64,000 bases of DNA from NCBI GenBank assembly GCA_030603365.1, contig JAUVXV010000011.1:79307-143306 (forward strand), in the 5' to 3' direction. Within the stretch, counting starts at the first letter, position 1. Every line of letters starts with the position of its first letter. The notes beneath the pieces were generated by a model that had not been told where the DNA came from, did not search any database, and saw nothing but the letters and a program-made list of their open reading frames with translations. Of the stretch, positions 19,237 through 29,885 are shown piece by piece. This DNA comes from Candidatus Heimdallarchaeota archaeon (GTDB lineage Archaea > Asgardarchaeota > Heimdallarchaeia > Heimdallarchaeales > Heimdallarchaeaceae). The position numbers and the translations under genes are program-made.

Positions 19237-20685
19237 TCAAATACGTTCAACATCGTGAGAAGCTGATTCAGTCCTACCTGCAGCAGTGATTTGGATAAAC
19301 TCAGCGTTAGTTTGCATCTCTTTAAGTGTAGTTGCACCGCAGTAAGAGATACCACTACGTAAACCACCAATGAGTTGTTGGAGAACATCTACAGCAGACC
19401 CTCTATAAGGAACAACAGCTTCTACACCTTCTGGTACCACACTTCCCATATCAAGCTCATCAAAAGAACCCTTCTTTTCTCTTGCTTCTCGACCGAGTGT
19501 AGCTCCAAGACTAGCCATACCACGAACAACTTTGTAGCTTCGACCACCTCTCAAGACAGAAGTACCAGGACTCTCCTCTGTTCCAGCTAATATACCACCC
19601 AACATAACTGTTGAAGCTCCAGCTGCTAATGCTTTAGTAAGATCTCCGCTGTTTCTAACTCCCCCATCAGCAATAATAGGAACACCATATTCATTGGCAA
19701 CAGCTGCACAATCCATGATAGCAGTAAATTGAGGAACTCCACTTCCAGTGACAATTCTTGTTATGCATATCGATCCAGGACCCACACCTGTCTTAATAGC
19801 ATCACATCCTGCTTCGATTAGATCTTTTGTACCAGGTCCAGTAGCAACATTTCCAGCAATTAGTTCTACATCACCAAAGTTTTTTCTTATTTCCTTCACG
19901 GTGTTTATTGCCAAATCGGAGTGTCCGTGAGCGATATCTATTACTAAAACATCTGCATCAACATTGATCAATTGTTCAGCTCTTTGAAGGTAATCTCCCC
20001 TTACACCTATGGCTGCTCCAACTAGAAGTCTACCTTTGGAATCTTTAGAAGAATCAGGAAGAACTTTGCTCTTGATGATATCTTTAGAAGTGATGAGACC
20101 ACTTAATTTCCCTGTTTCATCTATTAAAGGAAGTTTTTCTATTCTGTTCTTTTGGAGAATGTCCTTAGCTTCTTCAATTGAAATATCTGGGTGTGCGGTT
20201 ACTAATTCTTTAGACATAAGTTCTGAAATTTTTACCTTACCATTTTCCTCAAACATAATATCTCTAGTAGTAAGTATACCAACTAATTTCTCTTTATTGT
20301 CAGTAACCAATATTCCAGATATGCCTTTGTCATCCATCATAGATTTGGCATCATCTAGAGTATTGGAAGGGATGAGACAATAAGGGTGATCAATACGAAT
20401 CATTTCTGAGCGTTTTACCTTAATAACTTCAGAAACTTGATCTTCAACAGACATAAATCTGTGAATTATTCCTATTGCTCCTAATTGAGCCATAACAATG
20501 CTCATCTTACTCTCACAAACAGTGTCCATATTGGAAGCAACAATAGGAACGTTAAGTTTGATATTTCTGGACAAGTTTGTAGAAGTATTTACATCTTTTC
20601 TCGAAAAAACAGAAGATCTCTTCGGTACAAGAAGCACATCATCGAATGTTAAACCTTTACGCATAATCTCAATCCAATGGAACAA
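19237..20685 (-). CDS. guaB: IMP dehydrogenase with CBS pair
   Basis: [18 protein letters not shown], catalytic [13 protein letters not shown] and RGMAS; likely start at MRKGL (20664). Confidence 0.97.
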   Translation of the reverse strand: MFHWIEIMRKGLTFDDVLLVPKRSSVFSRKDVNTSTNLSRNIKLNVPIVASNMDTVCESKMSIVMAQLGAIGIIHRFMSVEDQVSEVIKVKRSEMIRIDHPYCLIPSNTLDDAKSMMDDKGISGILVTDNKEKLVGILTTRDIMFEENGKVKISELMSKELVTAHPDISIEEAKDILQKNRIEKLPLIDETGKLSGLITSKDIIKSKVLPDSSKDSKGRLLVGAAIGVRGDYLQRAEQLINVDADVLVIDIAHGHSDLAINTVKEIRKNFGDVELIAGNVATGPGTKDLIEAGCDAIKTGVGPGSICITRIVTGSGVPQFTAIMDCAAVANEYGVPIIADGGVRNSGDLTKALAAGASTVMLGGILAGTEESPGTSVLRGGRSYKVVRGMASLGATLGREAREKKGSFDELDMGSVVPEGVEAVVPYRGSAVDVLQQLIGGLRSGISYCGATTLKEMQTNAEFIQITAAGRTESASHDVERI

Positions 20686-20830
20686 AGTTTTAGTGTATAA
20701 AAATATTGTTTACCAAGTTTGAAATATTGCAAATTGATGTAAAATGACAATACGCTAATAATAGTCTCTCAATGATGCTTATTAAAATAATTAAAGGTTA
20801 AATTTTTATAGAAGAATTAGGAAAAGTGAA

Positions 20831-21715
20831 TTGATTAAGATGAGTCAAGTTTACAATTTACCTCCATTTGAGGATGCAAAAAAAAGAATTTCTGAAAGTT
20901 CGCATAAACTTTACCAGTACATAATTTGGTCAGTAATCATTGCTGTTATTTTAGTCGTTGGACTTGCGATAACCCTAATAGTGGTTTTAGGTTTAGGTAT
21001 AGAAGACCTTGATATATCAAATTACTATGATTTTGGAGAACAACTTATTGCTAACGGGTTATTTACTACAGGACTTATTGCAGCAATATTTCTGATAATT
21101 GCTCTTATTGCTTTGATAGTTATTTTGATTATGTCATACATCCAATATTACAGATTAGGATCATCTTTTAGCAAGTTACATGATGCTGAAAGAACATTAG
21201 AGACAACTAAATATATTAGTTATGGATTTTATGGATACATTATTGCAATCATAGCAGGAATATTCGTACCAGGTGTAGGAGGAACTGTAGTTTCAATTTT
21301 AGGTAATGCTTCTCTAGCAGTTGCAGCCTATTTAATTTACAAACTATTCGTAGAATACAAAAGACTTGGTAGATTTAGTGGAAAAACTTCTATGTTGCTC
21401 TTCATCGGTTTAGCAGTAAATGTAGCAGCAGAAATAGCAGCAACCTTTACTACATATGGTCCTTTCGGAAGTCTGATAGGTTTTGTTCTAATATTAATAG
21501 GGTTTAGAGATCTTAGTAGAGACATAAAACTAGTAGTAGCGCCCGGTGGTCAGCAAATGAAGACTGAAGCACCTCCTGCTGATGGTTATAGACCTGCACA
21601 ACCTGCAACAGCAACCGTTCAACCAGTCAAAGATCAAATTCGTTTCTGCTCAAGTTGCGGTGCAAAGATTACAGCTGTTGGAAAGTTCTGTCAAAACTGT
21701 GGTGCGAACTTCTAA
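20831..21715 (+). CDS. Multi-TM membrane protein with Pro/Gln linker and C-terminal zinc ribbon
   Basis: About 6 TMs, a PPADGYRPAQP linker and FCSSCGAKI....KFCQNCG. Confidence 0.8.
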   Translation: MIKMSQVYNLPPFEDAKKRISESSHKLYQYIIWSVIIAVILVVGLAITLIVVLGLGIEDLDISNYYDFGEQLIANGLFTTGLIAAIFLIIALIALIVILIMSYIQYYRLGSSFSKLHDAERTLETTKYISYGFYGYIIAIIAGIFVPGVGGTVVSILGNASLAVAAYLIYKLFVEYKRLGRFSGKTSMLLFIGLAVNVAAEIAATFTTYGPFGSLIGFVLILIGFRDLSRDIKLVVAPGGQQMKTEAPPADGYRPAQPATATVQPVKDQIRFCSSCGAKITAVGKFCQNCGANF

Positions 21716-21815
21716 TTTCTTCTTTTCTCTTTTTTTTTATTATTCAGAGTATTTTTATGTAAAAATTACCGTGTTTCACAAGTACATTTTTATTTTAGCA
21801 AAATTTCTCTAATTT

Positions 21816-22727
21816 ATGACAATTCGAATTGTAACTGACAGTACCTCAGATATTCCTTGGGATTTTGCCAAGAAAAATAACATTGAGGTTGTCTCTCTAT
21901 ACATGATTGTTCATGAAGAAACTTTGGTAGAAGACGAGAATTTTGACAAAGATAGTTATTACAAACTTTTTGAAGAAGAAAAAGCATTTCTCCATATTCC
22001 AAAATTAAATCTGTACTCTTTTGTACCAAAAACATCCCAACCCAATCCAAATGATTATTTTCAAGCATACCAGAAGCAAATAGACGCTGGAGCTACTGAA
22101 CTAATTGTAATCTGTGTTACTGCAGGATTAAGTGGTTCAATAAATAGTGCAAGATTGGGAGCAAAACAGTTAGCAAGGAAGAATAAAGATGTAAAAGTTC
22201 ACATCATTGATGCTAAATCAGCTTCTTATCCAGAAGTCATCTTGATTAGGATGGCTTTGAATCTTATCAAGAAAGGTTACGAAGGTGAAAAAATCACTGA
22301 AATTTTACATGAACAAGCATTGAAGATAAAGACTATAATTCTACTCCCAACCTTAAGATATCTTTGGAAGGGTGGAAGATTAAAAACAACCAAATTTATA
22401 CTAGGAACAATGCTTCGTAAGAAACCAATAGTCACTATGAATGCAGAAGGTTTTGTGGAAACAGCTGGTTCAGCTACGGAAGTTGAGGAAGGATTAGTAG
22501 AATCACTTCGATTAAACACTGAAGATTTTTCTAAAGATCCTAAAGCATTTTCTATCGTCTATGGAAGTAGAAAAGATTATGCTGAGAGGATGGCTGAAAT
22601 AGTTTTAGAGAAATACCCTAAAATGAAAATTGAAATAGCTCAAAGTGGAGGATCAGTACTTTCTCATTTAGGACCCGAATCTATTGGTCTCATCGGTGAT
22701 TACACAGACGATGAGTATTGGGATTAA
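21816..22727 (+). CDS. DegV family fatty-acid-binding protein
   Basis: IVTDSTSD, PKTSQP, LSGSINSA, IDAKSAS, L.KGGR, KPI and HLGP. Confidence 0.92.
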   Translation: MTIRIVTDSTSDIPWDFAKKNNIEVVSLYMIVHEETLVEDENFDKDSYYKLFEEEKAFLHIPKLNLYSFVPKTSQPNPNDYFQAYQKQIDAGATELIVICVTAGLSGSINSARLGAKQLARKNKDVKVHIIDAKSASYPEVILIRMALNLIKKGYEGEKITEILHEQALKIKTIILLPTLRYLWKGGRLKTTKFILGTMLRKKPIVTMNAEGFVETAGSATEVEEGLVESLRLNTEDFSKDPKAFSIVYGSRKDYAERMAEIVLEKYPKMKIEIAQSGGSVLSHLGPESIGLIGDYTDDEYWD

Positions 22728-22750
22728 AGAAGAAGTAGAGTATTTTAATT

Positions 22751-23794
22751 CTATCTTTTTCTCCTTCTTATTTTCAAGATTAGTGGTAAAGCGAATGCTG
22801 TAAGAGTTATAAGTATAAATTCAATAGAAAGATTATTTGTCGTAGGTGAGGTAGGATAGGTGGGAGGGTCTGTACATTCAAAGCTTCTGTTTAGAGGATA
22901 CATATCGAAAGAATCTGCAGTCCCATCAAGCTCATAAATACAATTTTGTTCAATATCAGACCAGTAATTTCCATATTGAGATACAATTTCAAACCAGGTG
23001 TTATTTTCACCACTATCATATGCTTGTGCTTCAAAAAGTCCCGCATTATCAACAAAATTATTGAAAAATACCAGTACATCGTAAGTATTAGAAGAAAGAA
23101 ACACTCCGTAAACTATATTTTCTTCTAGAAGATTAAATTTAATCACACTAGTATGTGTATAATGAAACTTTATTCCATCCATCAAGTTCCTAAAAATAGT
23201 ATTGTTTTCAAGAGTAATCCATTGACAATTATAGCAATCTATTCCCCAAAAAAAACTGTTCGCAATGTAGTTGTTGGAAATATCTAATCCATAAGAATTG
23301 AAGGCATAAATCCCTCTTGTATTGAAAATAAAGGTATTATTGACAATATCCATGAATCCACAGCGATTAAGATAAAGACCAAAATAATTTGCTTCACAAG
23401 TGTTATTTATTACAGAAGCTAGATCATCAGCATCTTCAAGGTATATTGCATAGGTGGATGTATTGTAATATAAACTAATGTAACAGTTTCTGATTATATA
23501 AAAAACGCTAATACAACAAATCTTGATTCCATATTCTGATTCACCAGTTATGCTATAATTTTCAATGGTGTAAGGATTAGTTGAAGAACCGTTTCCAGAA
23601 AAACCATAAGTGACAAAATCATCATTGGAATTGATAATAATAGGATCATGTTCAACATAATTTATATTCAAGATTTCTTTTGTAACTTCGCTACTATCAG
23701 ATGCTAAAGAGTTGTATGAATTTAGATTAAAATATGATAACACAATTAGACCGATACACAAAACAAGGAAAACATTTCGTTTTATTTTACCCAT
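22751..23794 (-). CDS. NosD-like beta-helix surface protein
   Basis: Signal peptide, GNGSSTNPYTIEN, N-x-GI repeats, GNYWSD..DMYPL, C-terminal TM and RRRKR. Confidence 0.85.
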   Translation of the reverse strand: MGKIKRNVFLVLCIGLIVLSYFNLNSYNSLASDSSEVTKEILNINYVEHDPIIINSNDDFVTYGFSGNGSSTNPYTIENYSITGESEYGIKICCISVFYIIRNCYISLYYNTSTYAIYLEDADDLASVINNTCEANYFGLYLNRCGFMDIVNNTFIFNTRGIYAFNSYGLDISNNYIANSFFWGIDCYNCQWITLENNTIFRNLMDGIKFHYTHTSVIKFNLLEENIVYGVFLSSNTYDVLVFFNNFVDNAGLFEAQAYDSGENNTWFEIVSQYGNYWSDIEQNCIYELDGTADSFDMYPLNRSFECTDPPTYPTSPTTNNLSIEFILITLTAFALPLILKIRRRKR

Positions 23795-23950
23795 TACTAC
23801 ACCTTAGAATAACAATCTACAACAGCTATAAAAATATAGAGAAAAAAAAGTGAGCAAGCTAACTTCTTCATCAGTTGGTTAGTTAACTCACTTTCTGTAA
23901 AAGAAATGGAGAAGACTTAAGATGGAAAAGAGTTTTAAACAAAAAGAGAA

Positions 23951-24010
23951 AAGTTGACTGCTATGGGGAAAGAAGAGGAAGAACCTGCTTTGGAAGAATT
24001 GCTGAAAAAA
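23951..24010 (+). repeat. Dispersed ~60-bp repeat, probably a decayed small-gene fragment (other copies at about 40847-40906 and 43518-43573)
   Basis: aagttgactgctatggggaaagaagaggaagaacctgctttggaagaattgctgaaaaa versus aagttgatttctacagggaaagaagaggaagaacctacttttgaagaattgtttaaaaa. Confidence 0.7.
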
Positions 24011-24247
24011 CTCTGAAGAAGCTAGAAGAACAAGGGAGATATCCAAGGGTATGGAAATAGCACAGAGCAAGAACTAGAACATTCGTGGGAAGTATTACTA
24101 AAATGCAAGTTACGCTACCGGAAAATAACCAAAACCATATTTAAACTCGAGAATCATATATAAATGTAAGAAAAAAACAAAAGATTAAATTCTGTCTTAT
24201 TCGTTATATCAACATTCTATTGGATGGGTCTGAAGAATCAGCTTTAA

Positions 24248-25609
24248 TTATGAATATTGAATTCTACAGCCATTTCTTCTAAGGTATTCGAAATGATCTA
24301 CTAAAGTATTAGAGTAATCAGTAACCCCACAGTTTTTCAAATAAAGGATTTTTAATGAAGTGAGTTTCTCAAAAGTTATAGGGAGTTTTGATATATTATT
24401 ATTACCAATATATAACTCTATCAAGGAAGATAAGTTTCCGATAGTTGCAGGTAGACGAACTAATTTGTTATTATCTACATATAAGACTTGTAAAGAAGTT
24501 AAATTACCCAAAGATTGAGGAAGTTGAGAGATTTCGTTATCAGAAACCATAAGATTCTCTAATGAGCTTAATTTACCTATTGAATCTGGAATTGTCGACA
24601 ATCTATTGTCATAAATTAACAACTCTCTAAGTGAACTTAGTTTTACTATAGAATCAGGAATTGAAGTTAATTTATTCTTTCTAAGATTAAGTTCCTCAAG
24701 AGAAGTTAAATTTGCGATAGAATCAGGTATTCGTGTTAAATAATTATTGTCAAAATGTAGTTCTTTTAGTGTTTTAATTTCCATAATAATTTTTGGAAAA
24801 ACTGAAAATTGATTATAACTCAAATAAAGTTTTTCGAGATTTGGAAGATTGGATGGAAGACTATCAAGTTTGTTAAAAGCCAGACTTAGTTCTTTTAATT
24901 TAGTTAAGTTTTCAATTGATTGTGGCAATTTTGTTAGATTGTTATTATAATAGTATAGTTGTTCAAGATTGATTAAATTCTCTATTGATTTTGGCAAATT
25001 TCCAAAACTAGTCCCTCCTATAACTAGCGCTTTTAACCAAGTCATCTCTGTAATAAAATCAGGAAATTTCTTTGTAGGATAGAGAGTCAACTGAAGCTTT
25101 CCTAAAGACGTTAATTTTTTTATTGAATCTGAGAAGTTTATGTATTCTTCACTCCCGATCTCTAAAGATTTTAACCAAGACATCTCAGCTATTATTTCAG
25201 GGAATTTTTCTATAGGATTATTGTAGAGAGTTAGGTCTTCTAAAGAAGTCAAATTTTTTATTGAATCGGGGAGAATTGAAATGTTATTGGAATTTAAAAT
25301 TAAAGTCTTAAGAGTTGTTATTTCAGTGATTAATCCAGGAAGCAATGTAAATTGATTATTTGATAAATCAAGAGTCCTTAAGAATTTAAAATTCTTAAAT
25401 TCTGGAGGTAATTGTTTTAGGTTTTCATGGCACAGACTTAATTCTACTACATGATTATCTTCTGCAATAAAACCTGAATTAATCGTACTTAATTTATCTA
25501 CAGAATCTAATGTGTGACCAAGCTGGTTTTCCAATAATTGCATTACCTCATGGTCTGAACTAATTAATGGAGTTTCATGATAAATAATTGTAGATTCATC
25601 ATCAGTCAT
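24248..25609 (-). CDS. Leucine-rich repeat protein
   Basis: Roughly 16 LxxLxLxxNxLxxLPxxI repeats of 23 aa. Confidence 0.95.
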   Translation of the reverse strand: MTDDESTIIYHETPLISSDHEVMQLLENQLGHTLDSVDKLSTINSGFIAEDNHVVELSLCHENLKQLPPEFKNFKFLRTLDLSNNQFTLLPGLITEITTLKTLILNSNNISILPDSIKNLTSLEDLTLYNNPIEKFPEIIAEMSWLKSLEIGSEEYINFSDSIKKLTSLGKLQLTLYPTKKFPDFITEMTWLKALVIGGTSFGNLPKSIENLINLEQLYYYNNNLTKLPQSIENLTKLKELSLAFNKLDSLPSNLPNLEKLYLSYNQFSVFPKIIMEIKTLKELHFDNNYLTRIPDSIANLTSLEELNLRKNKLTSIPDSIVKLSSLRELLIYDNRLSTIPDSIGKLSSLENLMVSDNEISQLPQSLGNLTSLQVLYVDNNKLVRLPATIGNLSSLIELYIGNNNISKLPITFEKLTSLKILYLKNCGVTDYSNTLVDHFEYLRRNGCRIQYS

Positions 25610-25761
25610 ATAGTTGAAATTTCATTTTATCTATTAAAGTTTTATTGATTATTTTGAAACAGAATTTAGAATTTAAAGTAATTCAATCAGAAGTATATTT
25701 GGTGATGGAATTAACTGAATTATTGTCATGGAAATGTAAAAAGAAATAAAAGAAGAAGAAA

Positions 25762-26715
25762 TTAGTAAGAAATACCTAGTTTCTTACTTACACCGTCTAA
25801 CATTTCTATAACCATTTTGTCAAATGGAAACTCAGGATCCCAACCCCATTCTTCACGAGCAACACTATCATCAAGACTTTGTGGCCATGAACGAGCAATT
25901 GCGTCACGGAAGTCAGGTTTGTAGGTGATTTCAAAGTCTGATATATATTCCTTGATTGCATTTGCCAGTTCTTCTGGAGTGAAACTCATTCCAGTTACAT
26001 TGTATGCTCGGTGTTGAAGTTTATCCTCGGGAGCTTCAATTAAATCGAAAGTAGATTTGAGACAATCAGACATCATCATCATAGGTAGTCTCACGTCGCT
26101 TCCTAAGAAACATTCATACTTCTTGTTCTTTAGTGCTTCATAAAAAATCCAAATTGCATAATCTGTAGTTCCACCACCCGGTTCTTCGGGGCTTAGAACA
26201 CCAGGATATCGTAAGCTTCTGAAATTTAAGTCATACTTCTGGTTATAGTAATTACCCATGAGTTCAACATAAACTTTGGAAATACCATAGATACTAGTTG
26301 GTTCCATTATTGTAGTATTTGGAGTATTCACTAATGGTGTAGTTGGTCCAAATGCAGCAATAGATGAAGGTGCAAACAGCTGTTCTAAATTTAATTCTCT
26401 AGTTGCTTCTAATGCATTGTAAAATCCTTCAAAATTGATTGAATGAGCTAATTGAGGATTTCTTTCTCCAGTAGCTGATAAAACGGAAGCATTGTGTATA
26501 AGAACATCAACATCATATTCGACTAATAAACTTCTAAGACCATACTGATCTCTTATATCAAGCCGTCTATAAATTACATCTAATTCCTTGAAAACAGGAT
26601 TAATTTTCTTTCTTCCAGTTGCAATAACATTTTCTTTTCCATATCGTTTTAACATGGCTGGAATAAGATCCATGCCTATTTGTCCATACGAACCAGTGAC
26701 AAGATATCTTTTCAT
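25762..26715 (-). CDS. tdh: L-threonine 3-dehydrogenase (SDR/epimerase type)
   Basis: TGSYGQIG, LSATGE.NP, PSSIAAFG, YGISK, PGGGTTDYA and IARSWP. Confidence 0.88.
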   Translation of the reverse strand: MKRYLVTGSYGQIGMDLIPAMLKRYGKENVIATGRKKINPVFKELDVIYRRLDIRDQYGLRSLLVEYDVDVLIHNASVLSATGERNPQLAHSINFEGFYNALEATRELNLEQLFAPSSIAAFGPTTPLVNTPNTTIMEPTSIYGISKVYVELMGNYYNQKYDLNFRSLRYPGVLSPEEPGGGTTDYAIWIFYEALKNKKYECFLGSDVRLPMMMMSDCLKSTFDLIEAPEDKLQHRAYNVTGMSFTPEELANAIKEYISDFEITYKPDFRDAIARSWPQSLDDSVAREEWGWDPEFPFDKMVIEMLDGVSKKLGISY

Positions 26716-26808
26716 AGAAAACAGAGAAAAAGGTAATTTTAAAAATTTATTGCAATGGTATTAGAAATTAAGGTTCAGAAAAAACAAAAAAGAAAAAAAG
26801 TGAAGAGA

Positions 26809-29568
26809 TTAGTGAGTTAGTTTCCTTTTCCTTCTAAGTGCTAAATACAATGCTGCAGAAAGAGCTCCTAGAATTGGTAACAAAGATATAGCACTAAATT
26901 CGGGTATAATAGGTTCCTCAATCTTCCACCAACAATCCACTGTTTCAACAATTCCAGTGACGAGATCAGTAACTATGAAGTAAACATCATACCAACCTTC
27001 GTTCGCGAATACCCAGTAGACATAGAAATCATACGTTGTCATGGCTAGTACCAATTTCGTTTCATCATAAGCTATCCATGAGTCACTTCCTTGAACTATT
27101 TTTACTACAAGATTTAGATTTTTGTCTATTGAATAGAGATTACCTACTCCAAATTGCATAGTGTAGTTTACTCCTACTTCTCCATAGTAACCTTGTTCAA
27201 TCCATATGTCTAACCAACCATCATCGTGGATATACCAACGACATTCGGTTGTCCAGACATTTCCTGTTTGTAGTTCAACTACTACAAAGTAGATATGGAA
27301 TATTCCTGGATTCATGAAGATATAACTAAGGTTCCACAGAAGTAATTGATAAGATAGTAAAACCAAGGAATTTGAATATAGTATTACAACTCCGTAACCC
27401 GTGTCTATTCTTACTTCTACAAAGATTGGAACATCATAACCATAGTAACTCTGTGCGTAAAATTCCATCCACACCTCTTGTCCTACAATTGCTTCATAGT
27501 CTTGAATTATCCAAACATCAATGAATCCATCGTAGATATACCATCGACAGTATTCATACCAATGAAAACCTGTTGTATTGTCTATCACAATCAAGGTTAT
27601 TGTGAACCATCCTGCGTATAAGAAGGTATATGGTATTATGATTGTGTAGATACCATTAGCTGGGATTATCACAACATCAGTATTAACCAATATTGTATCC
27701 GTTCCATCACTTATCCATACTTCAACTGTCAAATCCATTTCAATAGAGTAATAGTTTACTATCCAAAATTCCATTAGGACTTCTTCACCAATTGAAGCTT
27801 CTAAATCTTGGACAATCCAGATGTCAAGATATTCTGCATAGATGTACCACCAACAATATTCAATCCAGACTAGTCCCGTATCTAGTTCCGTCACGATAAG
27901 AATTACATCATAGTAGCCTACCACTTCAAATAGGTGCCATAGTTCAAAGACAAAGAATCCTAGTGCATCTACAAGTATAATTTCATAGAAGAGTTGAATA
28001 TAATCTACTCCATCGAAAATGAGTACTTCAATACCTACAGTCTTCTCTACAGCGAAGAAATTGTATATCTCAAACATCATCCAAAGTTCTTCATATAGTA
28101 ATCCATAGTATTCTTGGTAAATATAGAGATCAAAATATCCCCAATAAACATACCAATAGCAATAATCAACATATATCATTTCAGAGAATATATCGATTAC
28201 AACTAGTTTTACATCCCAATAATCTGCATAAAGGAACGTCCAAAATACTGTGAAATCATACACTTCCCCAGGAACGAGTACCTTAGTCTCTCCATATATC
28301 AATATGCTATGCGTTGCATTACTTATCCACACTTCAATAGCGATATCTCGATCAACTGCATAATTACTTACAACCCAACAATACATGATCGCTTCTTCAA
28401 GAACGAAAACTTCGAATTGTTGGTAGATCCAAACATCTATGAAACCTCCATAGATAATCCATCCTTCTGGACAATATTCAATCCATGTAAGATCCAATTC
28501 ATAAACAAATACTTCAACATAGAGTTCCCAGAATCCTTCATAGATGAATGTATAGAAGATTTCCTCCATAAAGTAACTCCCAGCATTTATCGTCACAAGA
28601 ACGTTGAAATATAGCTCGAAAGTATGTGTTCCGTTCGTAATCCATACAGAAATATCGAGAGTCAGATCCACAGAATAGTAATTATAAACCCAAATCTGTA
28701 TTCTTTCTTCAACAAAGACCCAAGCTTCAAAGTTTTGCTCAATTACAATATCAATGAAACCATCATAGACTTCCCAGTAGCAATAAGCAAACCATTCGTT
28801 TTGGTCAATTATATCGGTAACTCTGAGAATTACATCATAGTGTCCTGATGCCGCAAAGGTCCAATAGACTATTATTATCAGAACATCATATGCATTAATA
28901 ACCGTTGTTTCATCATGTATTAGTGTTGGACCTGTACCATCATCTAGAAATACTTCAATGTAAAACTCTTTATCTATTGCATATCCATTATAGATATAAA
29001 TTTCTATTTTGACTTCTATTCCAATTTGAGCTTCGTAGTCTTGAATAATAGCTAATTCTAAATAGCCATCAATAACTTCCCATTGGCACTCAGTTGTAAC
29101 CTCTGTTTGATTTATTAAATCCATTACTTTGAGATTAACTAAATGGAATCCCACTAATGTGAAAGCATGAGTTACAATAAATGTATATTCTAAGTAAGGA
29201 TAGAGCACTCTTGATTCTTGATAGATGAGAAAAACACTACCGTTATCATATTGAATCCATACTTCTATATCTACATCAAGTTCAATTGCATAAAGACTTA
29301 GCACATGACATTCTATCAATGCTAAATCATATACCGTTATCACAAAATCTTGCACAATCCAGATGTCAATTGTATCTTCCCTGTCTTTCAACTCTGCTTG
29401 ATCTTGTGCCGGTTCAGTTGCTACTTGTTGCACTTCTTGATTAGAGGGATTAGGATTAGAATTTAATGCTTGTGCAGCTTGATTAGAACCCCCAATCATA
29501 GAAAATGTCAAAAGTAGAATAATGAATGTTGTTTTCATTAACTTTTCTCTGTTCATTTTAAAGCACAC
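26809..29568 (-). CDS. Large surface protein with eight tandem ~103-aa Ig-like repeats and a PEF-type C-terminal anchor
   Basis: Signal peptide (likely start 29556), eight repeats from IxQx(Y/F) to CxW, C-terminus PEFSAISLLPILGALSAALYLALRRKRK. Confidence 0.85.
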   Translation of the reverse strand: MCFKMNREKLMKTTFIILLLTFSMIGGSNQAAQALNSNPNPSNQEVQQVATEPAQDQAELKDREDTIDIWIVQDFVITVYDLALIECHVLSLYAIELDVDIEVWIQYDNGSVFLIYQESRVLYPYLEYTFIVTHAFTLVGFHLVNLKVMDLINQTEVTTECQWEVIDGYLELAIIQDYEAQIGIEVKIEIYIYNGYAIDKEFYIEVFLDDGTGPTLIHDETTVINAYDVLIIIVYWTFAASGHYDVILRVTDIIDQNEWFAYCYWEVYDGFIDIVIEQNFEAWVFVEERIQIWVYNYYSVDLTLDISVWITNGTHTFELYFNVLVTINAGSYFMEEIFYTFIYEGFWELYVEVFVYELDLTWIEYCPEGWIIYGGFIDVWIYQQFEVFVLEEAIMYCWVVSNYAVDRDIAIEVWISNATHSILIYGETKVLVPGEVYDFTVFWTFLYADYWDVKLVVIDIFSEMIYVDYCYWYVYWGYFDLYIYQEYYGLLYEELWMMFEIYNFFAVEKTVGIEVLIFDGVDYIQLFYEIILVDALGFFVFELWHLFEVVGYYDVILIVTELDTGLVWIEYCWWYIYAEYLDIWIVQDLEASIGEEVLMEFWIVNYYSIEMDLTVEVWISDGTDTILVNTDVVIIPANGIYTIIIPYTFLYAGWFTITLIVIDNTTGFHWYEYCRWYIYDGFIDVWIIQDYEAIVGQEVWMEFYAQSYYGYDVPIFVEVRIDTGYGVVILYSNSLVLLSYQLLLWNLSYIFMNPGIFHIYFVVVELQTGNVWTTECRWYIHDDGWLDIWIEQGYYGEVGVNYTMQFGVGNLYSIDKNLNLVVKIVQGSDSWIAYDETKLVLAMTTYDFYVYWVFANEGWYDVYFIVTDLVTGIVETVDCWWKIEEPIIPEFSAISLLPILGALSAALYLALRRKRKLTH
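26911..29373 (-). repeat. Eight protein-level tandem repeats, each with an invariant Gln and an invariant Cys
   Basis: Starts WIVQDF/AIIQDY/VIEQNF/WIYQQF/YIYQEY/WIVQDL/WIIQDY/WIEQGY; ends TECQW/AYCYW/EYCPEGW/DYCYW/EYCWW/EYCRW/TECRW/VDCWW. Confidence 0.9.
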
Positions 29569-29885
29569 CCGTTTAGCGAGTATAGCATACTATATTAAAA
29601 TAGCATATATATCTCTTTCCTCAAACTAAACGCTTTGTAAAGACCGACAAAAATGAATATAGTTTAAGAGTACCACAGTCTAAAAACTCGAAGAACTAGC
29701 TAGAAACAGGTTAATTTCCTCTAAATATAGTTCACGTTATTTCTTAACTAAACACTGTTCATTTAAATAAAATTACAATCATTATCTTCTTTCTTCACTT
29801 TATTTGTATAAAAAACAATAAAAAAATTAAAAAAGACTTCGAATATAATATCAAATGTTAGGTAAATGTTTATAGACTTAGGAAG

